The notes below the pieces were generated by a model that was not told the origin of the DNA, made no database searches, and saw only the letters and a list, made by a program, of their open reading frames with translations. Positions 59,858-64,000 of a stretch of 64,000 nt of DNA are shown here, piece by piece (positions within the stretch are counted from its first letter, which is position 1; the number at the start of each line of letters is the position of its first letter). Both the position numbers and the translations under genes were made by a program. The stretch is from Myxococcota bacterium. GTDB lineage: Bacteria > Myxococcota_A > UBA796 > SXON01. Where the stretch lies: NCBI GenBank assembly GCA_040386535.1, contig JAZKFH010000027.1:102548-166547 (forward strand), in the 5' to 3' direction.

Positions 59858-61213
59858 TCAGAGAGAAGCGGAGTCTCCGCCTGCCGTTGTCGCCGCGGGG
59901 GCGTCCACCCAGTTGCGGGCCACCGAGCGCCCGCGGGCCTCGTCCACGAACCACACCACCACCAGCGCCGCGGCGAACAGGAACGCGCAGAAGAGGATGG
60001 CGGTCTGCAGGCCGAGCACGGTCTGGAGCACGCCGAGGCCGAGCAGGCCGAAGATGGCGGCCAGCTTGCCCATCACGCCCCACAAGCCGAAGATCTCCCC
60101 GGCCTTCTGCGGAGGGGCGAACAGGCCGACCAGGGCGCGGCCCGAGGACTGCGCGGCGCCGAGGCCCGTCCCCGCCAGCGCGCCCACGCCGAGGAACACG
60201 TGCTCGGCGAGCCACGCGGTGCCGAAGGTCGCGTTGAGGAACACGGTGAGCTGGGGCGTGGCGTAGATGAGCACCGCGGCGACGATCCACAACACCATCG
60301 TGAGCGCGTAGGCGTTGCGCGCGCCGATGCGGTCCTGGATGAAGCCGAACAGGAAGGCGCCGCCGGCCGCCGTGAGCTGCGTGATGACGAACATCATCAT
60401 CATCGTGTTCGGCTGCCACTTGATGACCTGCGCGCCGTAGATGAACGCGAACGCGATGACGATGGAGAGGCCGGCCTGCGAGAAGAACAACGAGCCGAGG
60501 AACACGAGCAGATCGCGGAAGGCGCCCACATCGCGCACCGACTGTCGGATGCGGGCGATGCCGACGGAGACGTAGGACTCGCCGGGGGCCAGCACCTGGG
60601 CCACGCCGCGCTCGCGCAACAGGACGAAGGTGGGGATCGCGCCGACGAAGAAGAACGCGGCGGTGACGGGCCCGATCCACCGCACGGCGCCGAGGTTCTC
60701 GGGGGAGGCGGGGCCGAGGCCGAAGAGCACGGCGGCGGTGGAGAGCAGGCCGCCGAAGTAGCCGAGCCCCCACGCCATGCCGGAGATGCGGCCCAGCGCC
60801 TCGGGGGGGCCGAGATCGGGGAGGAACGACGAGGCGAACGACTCGCCGCTCGCGAAGGCGAAGTTCGAGACGAGCAGGAGCGCCATGGCGAGCGCGATCT
60901 GGCCGGGGCCGGCGAGCCCGAGCGCCGCGGTGGCGACCACGGTGAGGAGCCAGCTCGCCATGAGGAAGCGCTTCTTGGCGCCGGAGAAGTCCATGATGGC
61001 GCCGAACAGCGGCGCGGTCAGGACGACCAGCGCGTAGCTCGCCGAGAGGGTGGCGCTCCACAGCAGGTTCCCGAGGCGCTCGTCGCCCACGATGAGCGCG
61101 GGGAACACGGTTGCGTACACGACGGTGATGATGACCGTGGTGTAGGACGAGTTGGCGAAGTCGAACATGGACCAGCCGAAGATCTCGCTCGGCTTCGCTT
61201 TCTCCGTCGACAT
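59858..61213 (-). CDS. MFS transporter (UMF1/Atg22-like)
   Basis: 'WSMFDFANSSYTTVI', 'APLFGAIMD....KKR', 'GRISG..WGLGYFGG' and 'QSSGRAL'. About 12 TMs. Confidence 0.9.
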   Translation of the reverse strand: MSTEKAKPSEIFGWSMFDFANSSYTTVIITVVYATVFPALIVGDERLGNLLWSATLSASYALVVLTAPLFGAIMDFSGAKKRFLMASWLLTVVATAALGLAGPGQIALAMALLLVSNFAFASGESFASSFLPDLGPPEALGRISGMAWGLGYFGGLLSTAAVLFGLGPASPENLGAVRWIGPVTAAFFFVGAIPTFVLLRERGVAQVLAPGESYVSVGIARIRQSVRDVGAFRDLLVFLGSLFFSQAGLSIVIAFAFIYGAQVIKWQPNTMMMMFVITQLTAAGGAFLFGFIQDRIGARNAYALTMVLWIVAAVLIYATPQLTVFLNATFGTAWLAEHVFLGVGALAGTGLGAAQSSGRALVGLFAPPQKAGEIFGLWGVMGKLAAIFGLLGLGVLQTVLGLQTAILFCAFLFAAALVVVWFVDEARGRSVARNWVDAPAATTAGGDSASL

Positions 61214-61262
61214 CGGGACTCCGCTCTCGTGCGCGGCCTGCCGTAGCCTATAGGATGGGCGC

Positions 61263-61796
61263 GTGTTCCGTGTCGCCGCCACAATCGTGCTGACCCTCGT
61301 GCTCTTCGCCGTGAGCGGCGCGCCCGCCAGCGCCGAGGACGTGCAGACCGTCGTGGTGCACGCCTCGTTCGTGGCGGTGCTGCCGAACCGCGTCGAGGCC
61401 ACGATCCAGCAGGCCGGCACCTCCCACGTCGTGCAGCTCGTGGACGACGGCTCCGATCGCAACGACGCCGCCGGCGATCGTGTCTACACCGGCACCGTAG
61501 AGGGCACGCCCGCGCAGTACCTGCCGCTGTCCCTCTCCGCGGCGGCCGACGGCGTGACCCGGGACGTGTGGACCGGCGTGGTGCGCGTGGGGCTCGAGCC
61601 CACGGTCGAGCTCGCCTTCGAGGTCACCACCGGCGCGGACGGGGCGTTGACCGGCACCCGGCGCGCGAGCGGCAGCCCGGGGCGCGTGAGCCACGCCACC
61701 GAGGCGCTCCCGCTGGTGGCGGCGAGCTTCTGGGTGACGTTCCTGCTCGTGTATGGGGCGGTGGCGCTGAAGATGCGGAGGGGGGACGTGGGGTAG
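61263..61796 (+). CDS. Exported protein with choice-of-anchor X-like motif and C-terminal TM anchor
   Basis: Signal peptide, 'LVDDGS..NDAAGDRVYTG' and a C-terminal TM with a basic tail. Confidence 0.65.
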   Translation: MFRVAATIVLTLVLFAVSGAPASAEDVQTVVVHASFVAVLPNRVEATIQQAGTSHVVQLVDDGSDRNDAAGDRVYTGTVEGTPAQYLPLSLSAAADGVTRDVWTGVVRVGLEPTVELAFEVTTGADGALTGTRRASGSPGRVSHATEALPLVAASFWVTFLLVYGAVALKMRRGDVG

Positions 61797-61805
61797 AGTG
61801 TCGGG

Positions 61806-62729
61806 ATGCCTGATTTGTTGGCTCCCGATCCCGTCGTCGCGCCCAAAGTGGCCCGCCCGCGGGTGTGGACGCTCGCCGTCGCCTTCCTCGTCGCGTTTGT
61901 GGTCCCCTTGTTCGCGGGCGCGGTGGTGGGGTTCAGCGTCGCGATGAGCGCCACGTTCGAGTCCATCAAAGCGGGGATCGATCCGGGCATCGTCGACCCC
62001 GCGATCCTCTCCCCGACGGTGGAGCGGGAGATCGCCGCGTTGACCACGGCGCCGGGGTTCACGGCCGCGTTCTCGATGGTCACCTCCGCCAGCTTCGCCG
62101 GGATCGCGCTGCTTGCCGCGCACCTCTCGCCGGAACGGTTGGTGCGCCGCCTCGCGCTCGGCCCGACGCGGTGGGTCGGCGCGCGTGCGGGGGCTGGGTA
62201 CGCGGCCGCGATGCTCGGGGCGCTCGCGATCGGCGTCGGAACGGACGCCGTGGTGCGGCTCGTGTTCGGCCAGTACTCCGCCACGATCCTGGCCACCGCG
62301 GAGGTGATCCGCGCCGAGCCGATGCCGTGGTTCCTGCTGCTCGTGATGGCCATCGCGGCCGCCGCCCCCCTCGGGGAGGAGCTGTTCTTCCGCGGCTACC
62401 TGCAGACCCGGCTCGTCGCACGGTTCGGCCGCTGGGCGGGCATCGTCGTGACATCCATCCTGTTCGGCATCGCCCACGTGGATCCGATGCACGCCGCGCT
62501 CGCGGGCTTGGGCGCGCTGTTCCTGGGCTGGGTAGCCGTTCGCACCGGGAGCATCCGCCCCGCGATCGCGGGCCACGTCTTCAACAACGCCATCTCCGTC
62601 GCCGGGAACCGGATGTCCGCCTTTGAGCTCGAAGGCCCCGTGGTCGAGGTGGTCCTCCTCGTGGTGAGCACGCTCGTCGTCGTCGGGGCGTGTGTCGTCA
62701 TCGCCCGGGTCAGTCCCCGGCCCGATTGA
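61806..62729 (+). CDS. CPBP (CAAX/Abi) family intramembrane protease
   Basis: 'GEELFFRG', 'LFGIAH' and 'GSIRPAIAGHVFNN'. Confidence 0.92.
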   Translation: MPDLLAPDPVVAPKVARPRVWTLAVAFLVAFVVPLFAGAVVGFSVAMSATFESIKAGIDPGIVDPAILSPTVEREIAALTTAPGFTAAFSMVTSASFAGIALLAAHLSPERLVRRLALGPTRWVGARAGAGYAAAMLGALAIGVGTDAVVRLVFGQYSATILATAEVIRAEPMPWFLLLVMAIAAAAPLGEELFFRGYLQTRLVARFGRWAGIVVTSILFGIAHVDPMHAALAGLGALFLGWVAVRTGSIRPAIAGHVFNNAISVAGNRMSAFELEGPVVEVVLLVVSTLVVVGACVVIARVSPRPD

Positions 62730-62734
62730 GAGAT

Positions 62735-63628
62735 TCACTGCCGCCGCAGTCGCATAGGGCCAAACTCGATTTGATCGTGCCCGTACTCGTTCTTCACCAG
62801 CTTTCCCTGGCGGGTGTGGGAGTAGTGCTTTCGATTGACGAAGTTGACGGAGGCGATGCGGAGCAGAGGTGACAGGTCGCCGTCGAGGACGTTGGTTTTG
62901 CCCACGTTCACCTGACGCAACGCAGGAAGATCGTTGAGGAACGCGAGACTTGCGATCGACTTGTTGTGGATCTCGAGGACCTCGAGGGTGCGTGCCCCAC
63001 GAAGGGCCTCGATGTCGCCCACGTTCGCGCAGTTCTCGATGTAGAGGCTCCGGAGCTTGGGAAGGGTCGCCAATGGGCCGATGCGTGTGAGCTTTGGCAA
63101 CCACGCCAGCCGGATCTCGTCGAGCGCGCAGAAGCGTTCGATACCCGCGAGAAGGGCGAGACTTCCGACGCCGACCCAGAGGCAGTCGAGCAGTGGGGCG
63201 CCTGGCAACGCCGTGAGGTCGGACGGTTGCGGGCTGAACTTGTGCAGGCGCAGCCGGCGGAGCAACGGCGTTTGTAGGGGCAGCAGGACATGCTTTCCAG
63301 CTACGACCTCCAGCTTCTCCAGCCGATCGAGGCACCGGAGGTCTGCCCGGAGACCCTCGCAATCAAGCGTGAGGCGCGTGAGATGGGTCATCAACGCGAT
63401 GTTCGACAGATCGGACTTGGACGTTGGGGCGAATACGAGGTGGTCGCGGACGCAGAGCTCCGGAAGCCGATAGTCGACCAGCAACGCGACCTGCTCCTCG
63501 TAACACATGACACCGGCGAGGCCCTTCTCGACGATGAAGGCCATGTCCTCGGCGAGCGACTCCGCTCGAATCTGGAGAAGTGTACCGCCGACGCGCGACC
63601 ACTGATCGGTCGCAGGGGAAGGGGCCAT
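62735..63628 (-). CDS. Leucine-rich repeat protein
   Basis: LxxLxxLxL repeats, 'IASLAFLNDLPALRQV' and 'DGDLSPLL'. Atypical codon usage; start uncertain. Confidence 0.75.
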   Translation of the reverse strand: MAPSPATDQWSRVGGTLLQIRAESLAEDMAFIVEKGLAGVMCYEEQVALLVDYRLPELCVRDHLVFAPTSKSDLSNIALMTHLTRLTLDCEGLRADLRCLDRLEKLEVVAGKHVLLPLQTPLLRRLRLHKFSPQPSDLTALPGAPLLDCLWVGVGSLALLAGIERFCALDEIRLAWLPKLTRIGPLATLPKLRSLYIENCANVGDIEALRGARTLEVLEIHNKSIASLAFLNDLPALRQVNVGKTNVLDGDLSPLLRIASVNFVNRKHYSHTRQGKLVKNEYGHDQIEFGPMRLRRQ

Positions 63629-63936
63629 CAGCGCAACTCGTTCTGCGCGAGCAGCGATGCACGAGCTCGCCCCGGCCCAAGTGCGCGCGGCCTCTGCGTC
63701 AGGAACGGCATGGAAAGAGCCTCGTTTCAGCGGGGAGTCAACCACGCTTGGCGATGATCGGGGGCCAGCCTGTTCGCAGGGGCGTTCGAGCGATCGGCCA
63801 GGTGGCCGTCGTTCTTGCGGCTTCCCGTTCGGGCTCTTGACGCCGCAAGGCGACATCCGGTGGCCGTCGCCTGGGGATGGCCCGGCGCGGGCCCCCGGAG
63901 GCCCGAGTGGCGCAATTCAGCCAATCGCGCCACATC

Positions 63937-64000
63937 TTGGCGCGATTGGCGCGATTGGCGCGATTGGCGCGATTGGCGCGATTGGCGCGATTGGCGCGAT
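63937..64000 (+). repeat. 9-bp tandem array (TTGGCGCGA)x7+, runs off the window
   Basis: Perfect units from 63937 to the window end, preceded by an inverted copy at 63920-63932. Confidence 0.95.

Overview
Very GC-rich bacterial chromosomal segment, most likely from a Myxococcota/deltaproteobacterial organism. This is an inference from the pilC-pilS-pilR-pilA-pilG gene order, a MYXO-CTERM-like tail and MopE/FG-GAP lipoproteins. Housekeeping content: stand-alone rpsD, tetR-etfB-etfA, transaldolase, folK, a SNF2 helicase and transporters. The type IV pilus locus carries three tandem pilin modules, each with its own sigma54 promoter and a conserved upstream enhancer. One complete IS5/IS1031-type element has a TTA target duplication and an IS630-like HTH extension on its transposase. 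An accessory region at about 37.6-42.5 kb holds a frameshifted gene, several repeat families and an ankyrin-desaturase pair bracketed by ~155-bp inverted repeats. The best candidate for an undescribed system lies at 49.9-53.7 kb: an EAD-like domain fused to a trypsin protease, divergent from an EAD-like-CHASE2 receptor with no enzymatic output and a FecR-beta-barrel protein. A second candidate is a Tyr-rich TSP3-repeat protein next to a di-heme MauG/CcP-like enzyme. No rRNA, tRNA or CRISPR array was recognised. All family calls come from motif recognition by eye, with no database searches. Several start codons were re-chosen from the ORF track using RBS position or gene overlap.
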